Positions 37,918 to 52,900 of a stretch of 64,000 bases of DNA are shown one piece after another. The notes under the pieces were generated by a model. It saw only the letters and a program-made list of their open reading frames with translations. It searched no databases and was not told the DNA's origin. The position numbers and the translations under genes were made by a program. Source of the DNA: Haliotis rufescens. Lineage: Eukaryota. Location: positions 5,022,001 to 5,086,000 of the forward strand of contig NW_025963957.1 of assembly GCF_023055435.1 (NCBI RefSeq). Reading direction: 5' to 3'. The stretch's first letter is position 1. Each line of letters starts with the position of its first letter.

Positions 37918-40900
37918 CTGACAAACAGGATAATCTTTGTAAGTTCTCCATAATTTCTACTGCCTTCATTCATAAAGAATTCAGTTAACACTAGGCATAT
38001 TTTTTCATGTAAATCATCTTTATTACACCCTTGATGAAGTTATGCTATAGTTGTTGCGGTTGATTTTGAGCCATGAATTTACTGGTCATTCTGAACAAAA
38101 TGTAAACTAGTAAAACCTGACGCAACAAGAGGTCATTCTGCAAAAGTATAGAGAAATTATATGCCACCCATAACATGGTTGAAGTTGGAGAAATCACCTG
38201 ACCCTGCTGATTCAGGAAGTAGAATCAACAGATTCTCACGATTTCTCCATCACATAATCCACTGTACACATGGTAAAATGGGTTCAGGATGATAATCACG
38301 AGAGTCATCAAAAGATGACACATCCCCACCCGCAGTTGCAGGGGTGTCATCTGTCTGGACTGTTGGAGTACTCAGTGATGCCTAATTTGACGCGAGTGTG
38401 TAGAACTCTTGACCCCAGCAGTGATAACTCACCGGATGCCCATTGTGTAATGTAATTTCTATTTTTTAAATGACATTGTTATATTCTTGTTACAACTGCT
38501 GCTCAATAAACAGTGATGTGGAATATATAGTTGTTTGTGTCTCTATTCAAGTTGATATTTCGGCTAACCAAATTGTGCAGTGATACCATCTTACTGTTGA
38601 TAGTCATTTTGGAGACTTAAATGCAAAGGTTAAATTAATGTGAGCAAAGACCACTCGCATTTTTCGCATTTCATTCACACTCGCGTTAACTTAAAGATTT
38701 ACAGTATCTTTTAGTTTATAGTTATGTTCTGGACAAACACACCACAATGAACTATTTTTTTTAAAATCACTAAATAGCAGAAGGCACCATGGTTATACAT
38801 GTACCAAGTTTAGGTGAAAAATCTTTCACGTATTTCAAGTTATGCTCCGGAATGAAAATACGGACGGATGGACAGACAGGACATGTAGACATTGTAGAGA
38901 CGTTCTTCAAATTCAATCATTCTGACTTTTGGTGTAGGAGTAATGAAACAAATAAGATATTAACATCCATGGTTGCTGACAGGATTATGGCGTAAACAAG
39001 TGAATTGACAGGCCACGTTGTAGGTTCACCACGTGTTACCAAGGCATGTGTTGGCTAAATCATTTGAGAGCAAGATCTATAAAGATTAAGTGGACACAAT
39101 TTTAGGATAACAACTTCTTTAATATATATTAGTTGTTATCCATAAAGTGTGTCTACTTCCTCATTCCCTCAACTTATAAGAAATGCCTGTCAAACAATTC
39201 TTTAAAGATTGTAAGCATATTATTCCTGTACCTTGTCCTGATGTGGCCGAGGGTTCTGGTGGGCGTGGCGGTGCTGTGTGGTGGGGTTGGTGGTTCGACT
39301 GATTGTGTGAGTGACTGGTGGACCTCTTCTCCACATCCGATATACTTGACTGACAAAACAGAAATGGTAAACATGACAGATCTGACGACTCTGACTGACT
39401 ATCTAACTGATGTGCTAGAGGTGAGGTGAAATGGGATTTAAAGTCGCGTCCAAGAATATTGCACTTATATAGCGACTACATACACAAGTGTGAATGTAGC
39501 TGCTTGAACTAGTTCAGACTAATGCCGATTTTATAGTGCTAGCCCACTGAGATACCATGTCGCAGTTTCACATGAATACCCCACTCAGACACAGCATACT
39601 GACTTCGAGCCGACCAGTCCTTGTTTTAGCCCCTTAATGCCGAGTCCCAGACTGGGGAACAATAAGTACCATCTTTTAACGTCTTTTGGTATGACATGCC
39701 GGGAATTGAACCCTGGACCTTCGACTCTCCAGGCGGACGCTCTACCCCTCTACCCCCACGGAGGCGGTCTGATGTGCTAGAAGTTGCCGTTGGTTACAAC
39801 AAGCAATAACATTATGCCTTGCAGTCCCAGGGTTGGATGCAAACACTTCGGCTGCCATTGCTCTAAGACGAGGTACTAGCCCTCTTGGCTGTTTGGAAAT
39901 GTTCAAAAATTCCTATCAAGGTTAACACTGATTGAAAGCGAGGTAAACACTGTCATATACAACCTACTGCACTTAGTGTAATGCCTAACACCAAAACGTC
40001 CCGAGTAGGACGTACCTGCTTCTCTTTAGATGTGTGCGGAGCCCTGCTGTCATTGTGCTGTGTGTGAACTGCCTGGGGGGTGGAAGATGAAGGCAGTTCC
40101 TCAGAGTCAGGGCTGTCTGGGTTCTCCTGAAAATATATCTCAACATATCAGTCGGTCTTCCTTTCTACAGGGGTTGATTGAACAGCTGGCCCATTGGCCT
40201 GAGGCCAGTTAAAATAATAATAGGCTGGCTGAAACATAAAGTAGATGGTCCGTTTCATCCTTTCTCCTCCTGTTTAATTTTTTACATTGGATCTTCTTGG
40301 TATAATGACAGCTGGCTGCCATTTTGTAATGTTGTGCACAACAACTTCTTTATTTGCTCATATATTGCCATGAAATGAGGCAAATGAAGCCAAAACTTTA
40401 TCTTAGAGTACAGGAAAAAACGTTTTAAGGGTGAAGTGTTCTAAAATTTTCAGAACCCTGTGGTACCTCCGGTACGGGTGCTTCGCAGCCTCCACCATTT
40501 AGTTGTAGGCCTCTTTGGAGAAGGGCCAGGAATTTCTAAAAGGAGCAGGCTCCGCTGGCTACATACAAACTTGTAGTTCAATCTACCCCTGTTTCTATGC
40601 CTAATGCCTACCCTGATTATCTCCACAAGGAGTCATCCCAGTTGTCCAACAGGCTGCAACACACTGTGCAGTGAGTGAGGGATTCACACATTGAACCCGT
40701 CGGGAATCGAACCTGGGTCTTCGGTATGACAAGCGAATGCTTTAACCACTAGGCTACCTGACCGCACCTACACTGTGCAGAGTTGTGACCCCTGGCAGAT
40801 GCAGGATCCGCTGATTGTGGGTTTGAATCTCAGCTGATCATGATCCTTGGTCAGTCAGCACCACACCAGTGATTGTGGTCAACTGGTATGACCATTCAAG

Positions 40901-43900
40901 TATTCCTCTGACATCAAGCTGACATGTTAATGTAATACTGTATAAAGCAGCAATAATACAAACTGATCCACTCTTTCTCCAAGACAACACAAACAAAATA
41001 GGCCACTGACTTTCAACACAATCAAAACAGAAGCTCACCCCTAAGTTGAATATTGTCGAGGGTGGCCTCTTCTTTGGTCCTTTAGCTCGGGATGCTGTCA
41101 AGTGTGTCAGCTTCTGGGAGGTGGGCTCCAAGGACTCAAAGTTGTTTTCTGAAACAGTCAAGATGAAGGTTACACTCTCACGCTACTTACACAAGTGTAG
41201 CTGAGGGGAGACTGGCAAGTTTACATGCATCCATGGCAACCAGGAATGTGACAATGGCTACCATGATAGCATAACTATCATGTATTTACACGCCAACATG
41301 GCTACTGTGACAGACGGGCATTTGAAAGCCACCATGACAGTCAGATCTTTACATGCTACCCTGAGGTTACAAACTTACAAGTAACCATGGCAACCATATT
41401 TTCTTACTATTACTGGTCTCTTAATTCTCTGGCTAAAAATGACAAGAATGCTTTCAGAATGACAACATGCAATACAGATCAAGCAGAGAATAAAACGCTG
41501 CAAAAGTTACAAAGCCACTTGATATTGCCAGTGATGGTTGGTTGAAAGTATATTCTCAACTAAAAAGCAGAATTTCCCACTAAATGTCTAGAGCACTATT
41601 CTAGCTGCCCATGTCCCAGGAACGGTTAACAGTAGATCAGACATTGTTTCTTAGGCTGCAATCAGCAACACAAACAACTGATTACATGTAGACATGTTGC
41701 AGACATGAGTAGACATGTTGTAAACGCATCTATATCGTGTATAAGACTTATACATGACTTATACACAAGTTATATATAACATGGTGACAACCTACCTGTA
41801 TCAACAAGGTCACAGTACAGGTGGTGATGTGAAAGGCAAATTATTAACATATATCAACAACATGTCCCTTCATGTTATAATCAACAGACATTATTGATCG
41901 CATGGATATGTTATTAAAGGTGCATGTTCATCCTTGCTCTGTTGCTATCTCACAATGGTTACTTTTTTCATATTCTGAGCGTACACCAAAAAATACTTCA
42001 GGGATTTATCCAGGATCTCAAACTAAGTGCCTTTGGCAGGTAAATTGGGAAGAACTGCTATTTTGGTCAAAGTTTTTTTAAGTTTTTCTTTTCCTAAATT
42101 CAGAGGTATTTTAACATTAAAATATTTTAATCAATGCAATAATGTTGAGATAAGCATTAATACCTCAATATTGTTCTATATTGATCTTGTTATCGGTAAA
42201 ACAAAAATAACCTCTATAAAGCCATAACATTAGTTATAGCTACACTAGCATGACTTGGGATATGATTAATTCCAATTTGGGAATTTTTTCTGACATTGCT
42301 GCAGACTTGGGGCCAAATACTTGTATCTGCCTCTAAGCAAGTCTAGATCAGTGTAGATAAATCCCTGTACTTATTGACTGGAAAGTACAGTAAACTATCT
42401 TTATAATGAACTGGCGGATATAATGAACTTCTTGTTTGGTCCCAGCCATTCGCTGTATATATGCTGTATATATGTTTATAACAAACTACGGTTATAACAA
42501 ACTAAAATTAGTGGTCCCTTTGAATTTGTTAACCTGTACTTCACTGTATTAGGTCTTCAATAGTGTGGTTCTTGTTTAATGCCGCACTCAACAATATTCC
42601 AGCTGTATAAAAACTAAATAGCAAATGATATATATATGGAGATATATACATGATATAACGGGCAGAGAAAATGAGACAACTTCAAATTCAAATTTTCTTT
42701 TGTGATCAGGTATATTAATTTGACATTTTACTGACATGTTATGGGATCATTGGTCAACTGATTTGTAATGGTCAATAGTCAGTGCACCAATTCCCTCGAC
42801 ACTGCTCTAAGCACAGGGGCATGGATGTGACAAGATTGTCCACAAGCTGCTGTGAAAGATCGGCCTAAGTTTGATGGATCACTTGCTTCCATTCACTAAT
42901 ACTTAAACCCCAATCCTCCTTAATGTATTCAAAGTCTTCTAGACAGTCACACAGGACAGTCTTGTTACCTGGCATAATTTTCGTATCAATCAGCAACCTG
43001 TTTCATATAAATCAATACAACAATATTTACTGGTTAGATCGGACATCATGGACACCTTTCTCAGTGCCGTCTGCTTGAAACGTCACCATCTGACATGGCT
43101 AGTAACAGGGGAGGTAATCAAGAAAAGAAACTGGTCGCCACAGTGCATCACACCATAGTGTTCTAAGATCAATTCAAATTTTGAAACATCTATGAGCGTC
43201 TCATTTTTTTTGCTCGTTGCTATATATACTGAGAAGGGTGTGTACACATTTGATTACAATGCGGATTATAATGGAATACAGGTGAGTGTACAAGTCTGTG
43301 GTAGTGGCTGCTAATACAAGGGCAAGCCGGGGGTGAGAGCACTGATGGGGGATGAGTAGGGCTGGTCTAGGACTCTATTAAGTCTTAATGAGATCATGAA
43401 GTCTTGGTCTTGTTTTCCTACCAATAGTGTCTCATCTCACACAGACTTGTTCTTGACTGTATTTGCATTGCATCACTTTGATTTGTAGAGAAGTTCTTTT
43501 TGCTATTGATTCCACTTAACATATGTTAGCACTGACCATGCAGATACTTTGTAGAAATTAATGACACCCCCAGAAACTAAATGAAGCAAGAGTGACCACA
43601 CTCCTTGTTATACTATTCAGCAGGCTGGTATTGTAAGCAGGGTGTTATTGCCAGTCAAGCTTTCAACATTACATAATCTAGGTATTACACCTGCTGAAAA
43701 TACTTCTCATGGCATAGCTAAAATCAGTACATGACAAAGCCTAAATTTTAGAATGAAAAGCTTTCTTATAAATATACAAATGTATTAATTTTGCAGTGCA
43801 GTAAATCTTGAACCAGCTGAACCTCCTCCAACATAAAACAATACCATGTTCAGGAGTGAGCGGAACCTACATTTCTTTGCTTAGGCTTAAAAGAATAATA

Positions 43901-46900
43901 GAATTGGTTCAGGGAATGGATTTTCAAATTACTACGTGGACGGGGGGTGCTTTTTGTTTGTTGTTGTTTGTTTTTGGTTTTGGTTTGTTTTTTTTGGGGG
44001 GGGGGGGGTTGTTGTTGTTCAAGCTGGTATGTAAGCAAATTTTGTTTACAATAATTTCGGGGAAATCATGTTGTTCTCAGATATTGTAGCATTTATCTGC
44101 CGGGGTCATGTGTTCGGGAAGCAGAATATTTAAAGATTATTTTTGGGAGGTGAAAATGGAACTAAAAATGAAAGGTGCGCCAGACTTTATGATGATGATG
44201 CCTGAGAACCAAGACTATTATTTTTTTTAACCTTACTTCCCCAACCAGAGAGACAGTTGGCTAGTTACTGAGTATATTGTTAGGCTCTATGTTCCAAAAT
44301 ATCCCCAATATATAACAGCAGGCTACACTGCACTCCCGCATTGAGAAGATAAACCAGTGGCTGATGCACACACTCATTAACACCATTCACAAAACACACA
44401 GTTTGAGTCAATTTTGCCACTGAGGATTGTAATGTAGTCTGTCTCCTAGACCCAAGAATAAATTAAATATCAACCCAAATCAAGTCTAGATTGATTTAGC
44501 AAGTCTAGATTGCCTCAGCTCCTAGCCAAAATTAAGCATTGATCTGGGCTCCATTTGGATGTCTTATTTTATAACCATATATATTTTAAATGTGAAAACT
44601 TTATTTCTGGGAATAAATGATAGTCTTATTTTGTTACTATATACCGAGACCTGCCAGGTCACATCTCAGATGAGATGACATTGAGTGCGTGAGTGAGTAT
44701 GGTTTTACGCCGCTTTTAGCAATATTCCAGCAATATCACGGCGGGGGACACCAGAAATAGGCTTTAACACATTGTACCCATGTCGGGAATCGAACCCGGG
44801 TCTTCTGCGTGACGAGCGAACGCTTTAACCACTAGGCTACCTGACCGCCCCAGATGACATTGAGATGACAGGCACAGGATAATGAAGACCAATTAAGGGC
44901 ACCTGAATACTCTTTCCACTTAAATTGATTAAACACAGCTTCAGAGGATAACATTCCTGAAACATATTATTGAATTAAGAGTCCTACTTTTTTAAATACA
45001 TTGAATTCTCAACCCCAGCATGCCTACATGAAACACATGCAGCTATATGGTATCCTCAAATATACACACACCACATGTTTACTGGAGACCATCATTAACA
45101 CAACATCCACATACTAGCTCACCTGCTTCTCCTGGGCACAGCGGAATGCAAAGGAAAACAAATTTTACATAAAAAACTTAATCCAGGACATGGTGCCATA
45201 AAGCTGTGATAGCACTTCGACTAATTCGACTTATCAGGACTTAACATAGTCAGGTACGACAGATCTGTCATCAAGCTAACATTGTGGTCTGCAAACTTAG
45301 TGTGCCAAGCCCGTGTCTAGTAAAATCCTGTTCAGTCTAATAAGTTCAGCTCACAACTTAGTGGTTAACATTCAAAGTCACATTAAGTTCATTTTCTAGG
45401 ACTGTTTGTCAACAAAAATGTCCTAAAGACCGAATTTGGTCATGATATAAGAATGTCCCATCAAAAGTTGATAAAATCATGAAAGTGTCCAATTGCCATT
45501 TGTCTCCAGCAAAATTACTGAACATTGCACTTTAAGCGCCCAGGGCGCTCTCAAAATTAGAAATAGGGGGCTCTTATTAGAATATTATTTTGGTGGAAAA
45601 AACAGAGTTGAAAGATAAATTTCGTGGTTTATGCTGACGGCCTGACTGTTTATATACGACAGATATATTTTTCCAGAATTTAATTGCCCATAATTAAGAG
45701 TGCATTTAACACACGAGTGCGTATTATACACGAATAAATAAGTCTTGTGTACATTGATCAATCGGAAGGGGTGCTAATTGGAATTGTTCACTAGCCAATA
45801 TATTAGCAAATATCGCCGTGGGCGCTTATTAGAGCGGGGTGCTTATCACGTTGAATATGGTAGGTTGGAAACAATTAGTTTTTATTTCTGTTTGGCAGTT
45901 TAAAATAACCCACTGCTTTAAAATTGCTTTTAAATAAATAGTTTACATTTCAATTGTTTAGTGTTGGTGCATTTGTAAACCAAGTTTTATAAAAAGTCTG
46001 GCTTAAGTGCACAAAGGAATTATGTGAAAACTTTCGTCTCTGTGCATCTATCAATTGCAAACTAGACACTGTAGGCATGAAAGAAGGCCAATGTGGCATT
46101 TAATACTCTTACACAGACATTTTGGAATCTGCATAGCCTGTGCTTATTCACTAATACTATTCATATTCATACTAATTAATAAGTTTTCAATATTTCATTC
46201 TACGGACTGAAACAAGATAAACTGACTGTGTACACTGCATGACAGGCAGAGGGCTGTACATGCTGTAGGCCAGCTGCCCCCTCAACAACATGTCCCTGCA
46301 TACAGACGATCTGTCCCTGCAAACAGACAGCCTGTCCCTGCATACAGACGGCCTGTCCCACAAGCCCTGGATGTACCACACCAAGGTAATGATGAAGCAT
46401 GAACTAGAACATCGATCCACGGTCCCTTCACCAGGCATCCACAACATAACCCTGAACGTCATCACACACAAGTATCACAGCCCATCAGCAGGAGAAAATT
46501 TCTGCCAACACTTTAGGACACCTTAACTATTGGGCAGTTTGGCAGGGACTATAGGACTAGTGGAAATTTCTAAAGCTGCCCATTCTTTCCGTTATCTAGC
46601 TGATGTGTCATTGTATGGATACATACTCCATGCTCAGTATCTTTCTTTTAATATTCCATCAAAGCATATTTCTCTAATTACATCAGCATAAGCAAAACCC
46701 TCGTCAGAGTTACCCGACATGGAGAAAAGCATACAACAGAACGGGGTCAACTGCCCAATACAATCACATTTATAGAAATTAAGCACGAAAGTCAAGAGTC
46801 CTTTCCATAACCCTACTGCTTAAAGATAGAGGTTTAGGTTTTCCTAGATTCGAAATCATAGAAGATCCCAGGACTCACTTAATTTCGAACACTGCAATCA

Positions 46901-49900
46901 TGTAGCACAGAAAAATGTACAACACTAGACATTGACAAATCTACCCAACACAACCATGCACAACCGAGGCGTGTACTATACAAAACAAACACAAAACAAG
47001 GACAAAACTTGGGGACTAGGGAGGGAGCGAGTATATGAAGGGTGTTTATTGCACCAGCAATGCGTAAGGTAGCATCAGCACGTGAACAGGGGAGATAACA
47101 CAACATGAACACAACAAGGAGTGGTCAGTGTTAGTGGGGCATGCTGGGTGACTGGCCAAACACTGGACCATCAATGTCAGTGAGGGGGGTGATGCATGAT
47201 GAGCAGAGCAAGCAAAAAATGTACCCATGTTTGTGAAAACCTAAAAACATGTGCCAAGGTGTACCTCAGAGTTCAAGACGCTAAATACCTTTACCAAGCA
47301 GTTACCAAGACAACAGTAATGACGACAAGAATATTACCCTGGTCTGATTGGCCAGGAGGCTCCTTATCGTCTGCGAGCTCATTGCCTTCCCGAGCGTCCT
47401 TTGTTCTAGAGTCAATGGTGGCCGTCACGCTCACAGGTTTACTTTCCAGCTTGGCAGGCTCAGTTGGCTTTGGGGGGTCAGGTTTTGGGGGAGGGGGCTT
47501 TTTGCCCACAGGGGGAGGGACAAAGGGTTTTTTGGCAGCTGTAGATGGGGGAGCCACCCGATCGTTGGTGGATTCTGAAGAAGCAGGAAATGACCACAAA
47601 ATGATCAGCATTCGGGTGACATACAAACAATGTACTGTCCAATCCAACCCACAGGTTGTGACAATATGACCTGCTTGCAAGTTGTATACAAGACCTTATT
47701 GTAGCTGACAGTGAACCTGCTTGTATAGAACACACCTATATGTTCCTGACACCTGGTTGTGGCAGGCAGTGTACCATAAACCTGCTTGTATACAACACAG
47801 TATACCATGAACCTGCTCGTATGTAACACACCTAGATGTTGTTAGACCTGCTTGTTGCTGACAGTGCACCATGAACCTGCTCGTATGTAACACACCTAGA
47901 TGTTGTTAGACCTGCTTGTTGCTGACAGTGCACCATAAACCTGCTCGTATGTAACACACCTAGATGTTGTTAGACCTGCTTGTTGCTGACAGTGCATCAT
48001 GAACCTGCTCGTATGTAACACACCTAGATGTTGTTAGACCTGCTTGATGCTGACAGTGCACCATGAACCTGCTCGTATGTAACACACCTAGATGTTGTTA
48101 GACCTGCTTGTTGCTGACAGTGCACCATGAACCTGCTTGTTTGTAACACACCTACATGTTGTTAGACCTGCTTGTTGCTGACAGTGCATCATGAACCTGC
48201 TCGTGTGTAACACACCTAGATGTTGTTAGACCTGCTTGTTGCTGACAGTACACCATGAACCTGCTTGTATGTAACACACCTAGATGTTGTTAGACCTGCT
48301 TGTTGCTGACAGTGCACCATGAACCTGCTCATATGTAACACACCTACATGTTGTTAGACCTGCTTGTTGCTGACAGTACACCATGAACCTGCTCATATGT
48401 AACACACCTAGATGTTGTTAGACCTGCTTGTTGCTGACAGTACACCATGAACCTGCTCGTATGTAACACACCTAGATGTTGTTAGACCTGCTTGTTGCTG
48501 ACAGTGCACCATGAACCTGCTCGTATGTAACACACCTAGATGTTGTTAGACCTGCTTGTTGCTGACAGTGCACCGTGAACCTGCTCGTGTGTAACACACC
48601 TAGATGTTGTTAGACCTGCTTGTTGCTGACAGTGCATCATGAACCTGCTCGTATGTAACACACCTAGATGTTGTTAGACCTGCTTGTTGCTGACAGTGCA
48701 TCATGAACCTGCTCGTGTGTAACACACCTAGATGTTGTTAGACCTGCTTGTTGCTGACAGTGCATCATGAACCTGCTCGTATGTAACACACCTAGATGTT
48801 GTTAGACCTGCTTGTTGCTGACAGTGCACCGTGAACCTGCTCGTGTGTAACACACCTAGATGTTGTTAGACCTGCTTGTTGCTGACAGTGCATCATGAAC
48901 CTGCTCGTATGTAACACACCTAGATGTTGTTAGACCTGCTTGTTGCTGACAGTGCATCATGAACCTGCTCGTGTGTAACACACCTAGATGTTGTTAGACC
49001 TGCTTGTTGCTGACAGTGCATCATGAACCTGCTCGTATGTAACACACCTAGATGTTGTTAGACCTGCTTGTTGCTGACAGTGCATCATGAACCTGCTCGT
49101 ATGTAACACACCTAGATGTTTTTAGACCTGCTTGTTGCTGACAGTGCACCTTGAACCTGCTCGTATATAACAAACCTCCATGTTGTTAGTAGCAATGCTG
49201 AATTTCGTATTGCAGCTTATTGCAATAATGATTCATGAACTCATATATGTATCACAACATATTGCATGCATTCTTTCATCTTTAATTCATTATAAATATG
49301 AATATAATTGTAGAATTTTCCTATTCGGAATATTCTATAAGTAATACGTTACCACTGTTATACCGAGGCTGTTGTCTCCCACAACTGCTGCTATAGCGAA
49401 ATCTACCACAGAGATCTCAATTACCTCATGCAGCACGTGCGTAGCCACCTAGCTGCCATGTGACACCCTTCACTCTTGTCTCCTGCGAGAGCAAGTGCTC
49501 GGGGGACGGACGGGCGGGCAGCAGCCCAGTGGTAACGTATTACTTATAGAATATTCCGAATAGGAAAATTCTACAAATTACATTAAGTAATACGTTACCA
49601 CTGTTATACCGAGGCTGACTACCACAGTAGGCGGTGGGGAGCACCTACAACCCGAATCCTGACTGCTAGCGTTCCTTCCGACCAGCGGAAGTAAACACCA
49701 AGGCGGAAGCACTCGATGCGCATGCACCTAGCTAGGCGTTACCCTATAGGAATACCAAAGCACTGTCAAGCGCATACCGTAAGGCTCAATCGTCATTGCC
49801 AAAACGATTGGTGACTCCAAACGGCCCCACTGGATAGGTATTTCATCGCCGCAGCGGATGAGAACACTGTATCCGCGTGAGCTTAATCTTAGATCAGGTT

Positions 49901-52900
49901 AAACAGTCGAAAAGAGGGAAATTAATTTCATTCAGACCGTATATCCCAGAGCAAGCCTACTTAAAGTATGCATTAGGCGCGTGACCTAATTCCAGTATTT
50001 GTAAGCATGCATCACAAGGTTGGGATACACGACAGACAATTAAAGACATAATTGTCAAAATACAAATAAGGACAAAGCACACAAAAAGCCGCCCTCACCT
50101 GTGGTGTGAGTGCGCTGGTTTGCGGGACCCCAACTCCTGTACCCACGGCAGTGGGAACAATGGAGTCGACCCAGATTGACCACCGTGCAAGGTCAGACGC
50201 CTGAGGAGTTCGGAATTGCGCTGGGCACACCCCTTAGGTGCCCGCTTGCGCCGCGATCCGCGGGCCAAGACGGTGCACACTCTCCACGACGGCATCAGCG
50301 ACCTGTTTGAGGTAATGATTGGCAAAAACCGAGTCAGAACGCCAGTAACAACCTCGTAATATTCTGCGAACAGAGATATTCGAGTGTAGGGCAAATGTTG
50401 CCGCTAGCGCCCTGATCTCGTGCGGGTTTGACCCCGCTACCGGTAACCCCCGAGACCGGTACGCCAGATTGATGACAGAACGAAGCCACAACGCAATCGA
50501 GTTGCGAGTTATGTCAACCGTGCGATTAGGGTTACACGATATGAACAGACGGTCACGCCCTTGTCTACGTTCATTCGAAGCCTTAAGATAATACTTAAGG
50601 GCCCTAACCGGACACAGCGCTCTGTCCTCAGTATCAGCAGGATGTAAGATTTCTTTGAGTGATCTTACAGTGAATTCTCTCTCCGTTTGCCCGACTCTCT
50701 GATTCTTGGCGACGAAGCCCATGAGCAGGCCCAGGCGGACCGCTCCTTCGTCACCCCTATCGAATCGTACCTTGGCGACATCGAGTGCATGAATTTCGGA
50801 TACACGTGCCGCCGTGGCAAAGGAGAGGAGAAATGCTGTTTTCCAAGTCACATGCCGGAACGAAGCACTATGCAAGGGTTCATACGGAGCTTCCGTAAGT
50901 GATTGCAACACTAGGGAAAGATCCCAGGCCGGTGCCCGAAGGCGGCCCTTCTTAAGATCAGGCTGTTTGAAACCCTTGATAATACCCCGTATCACCGGCT
51001 CTTTGGAGAGACTGGTACCCATAGCAACGTCCCGTACCGTAGCAACGGACGAGACTTAGTTGGCAATGGAACCCCCGGAGAGTTTCCGGGTCTCTCGCAA
51101 GTGAGACATGAAACGAGCAATATCCTGCACAGATACCTTATCTGGCGAATGAATGTGATGTTTACAACACCACTTCGTGAAAATAACCCAACGTGCATTA
51201 TACACCTTCTGGGTAGAATCACGATGCATACTAACGTATGCCCGAGACGCCCGGCGAGAAAAAACTTTACTCCTCAGACGCTCGGTGACAACATCCACGC
51301 GTGCAGATTGAACTGCCCTGCGTTTGGATGAAGCTGACGGGTGTGAGGGTGGATCAAGAGATCCGGTCTCACAGGCAGTGGAAGTGGCGACTGCGTGACC
51401 TGGGTCAGCAAGTCGGGGTACCACGATCTGTTCGGCCACATGGGCGCGATCAGTAACATTCGACAGCGAACTCCTCGGAGCCGGCTTAGAATGTGTGGTA
51501 TCAACGCTGTCGGCGGGTAAGCATAAGCGACCAAGCCCGTCCAGTCTAACGCGAGAGCATCGTGATAGATGGCCCTCGGGACCGGGACTGGTGATACAAG
51601 CAACGGGAGTTGATTGTTGAACCGCGTTGCGAACAGGTCGACCTTCGGACGACCCAAACGTGCGCACAGCCACTGAAACACTACTGGGTTCAGCATCCAC
51701 TCTGTGGGGCTCGGATCCTGAGGCCTCGATAGAGCATCGGCCAGTACGTTCCGCACACCTGGGATGTGACGGGCGCGTATCTGGCATGGGACACTGTCCA
51801 CCAGAGCGTAAAACTCGAACGTGAGATCGAGTAGCGAGTGACTGTGGGTTCCCCCCAGTTTGTTCACATAGGACACTACCGTCGTGTTGTCGGTCGCCAG
51901 CATGAGCCGGGCGTCGACGAGACGATGCTTCCAGTGATTGACTGCGTTGATCACTGCCTTGAACTCGAGACAAGTGATGTGAAGACCTAGTTCGTCTAAG
52001 CACCACAGCCCCGAGCTCACCTCCCCCTTTAGATGGGCGCCCCAGCCCACTAGAGAGGCGTCTGTATACAGGGTCAACGTGGCCCGGTAGGGCCGCATAG
52101 AGACTCCTGATAAGACAATGTAAGGGACCGTCCACCACTCCAGATGCGGTCGGAGCCGATCCGGGAGGGCGACGGTCGCACTGTTCACCTCCGTTGCTAA
52201 CAACTGGATTAAAAACCGTTGCAGCGGGCGGAGTTGGAGACGACCCCGTGCGGTGCAGTCCTGGGCTGATACAAGTAGCCCTAACAGCTGTTCCCAAAAG
52301 TGAACAGTCTGTTGCACCGCTAAGACTTTGGCAATCATCGCCTGAATTTTGAGCCACCGGTCTGGGGGGACAAAGAGGCGATGGGACACCGTGTTGAACC
52401 AACCTCGGATGAACAGCAAGTTCTGAGAAGGGGTTAACTCGCTCTTGGGGAGATTGATAATCCACCCAAATTGCTCCAAGAGCCGACGTGCGAAATCGAG
52501 ATGGCGTGACAGGGTGTCCGTCATTCGATTTGCTACTAGCGAGTCGTCCAGGTACGCGAAGTACCGGACACCCCTCCTGTGGAGGAACCCCACTATGGGG
52601 GTGGTTAACCGGGTGAACAGCCAGGGAGCGGACGTGTGAATCATTCTGAGTTCGGCACTGTCCTACTTGGGAACGAGAAATATCCTGGAGTAAAACCCCG
52701 GTGTTATTTCTGGTAGAGCTAACTCCCGTACTGCCCCTTCTCCACCAACCTGCCGATGGCATCGGCGAGGATGGGAAGATTGGTTTCCGAATCGAAACCT
52801 GCCAACGGGGCAACGGTGAGCGGCGGATTCGCTTTGAGATCAAGCCGATAGCCGTACCGAATCGTGTTGACCACCCACGGGTCGTCGAACACTTGTTCCC

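Noticed and set aside
41790-41850. Minus-strand CAG|GTAGG possible recursive splice site
   Set aside because: Modest pyrimidine tract in a short intron; expected by chance.
44686-44851. tRNA genes at tRNA-like sequences (also 4043, 16449, 20705, 24942, 26705, 62466)
   Set aside because: They continue into shared SINE bodies with simple-repeat tails and TSDs, so they are SINE heads rather than tRNA genes.
46879-46891. 13-nt minus-strand exon candidate with a strong GTGAGT donor
   Set aside because: Not a multiple of three and no compensating exon found; cannot be supported without transcripts.
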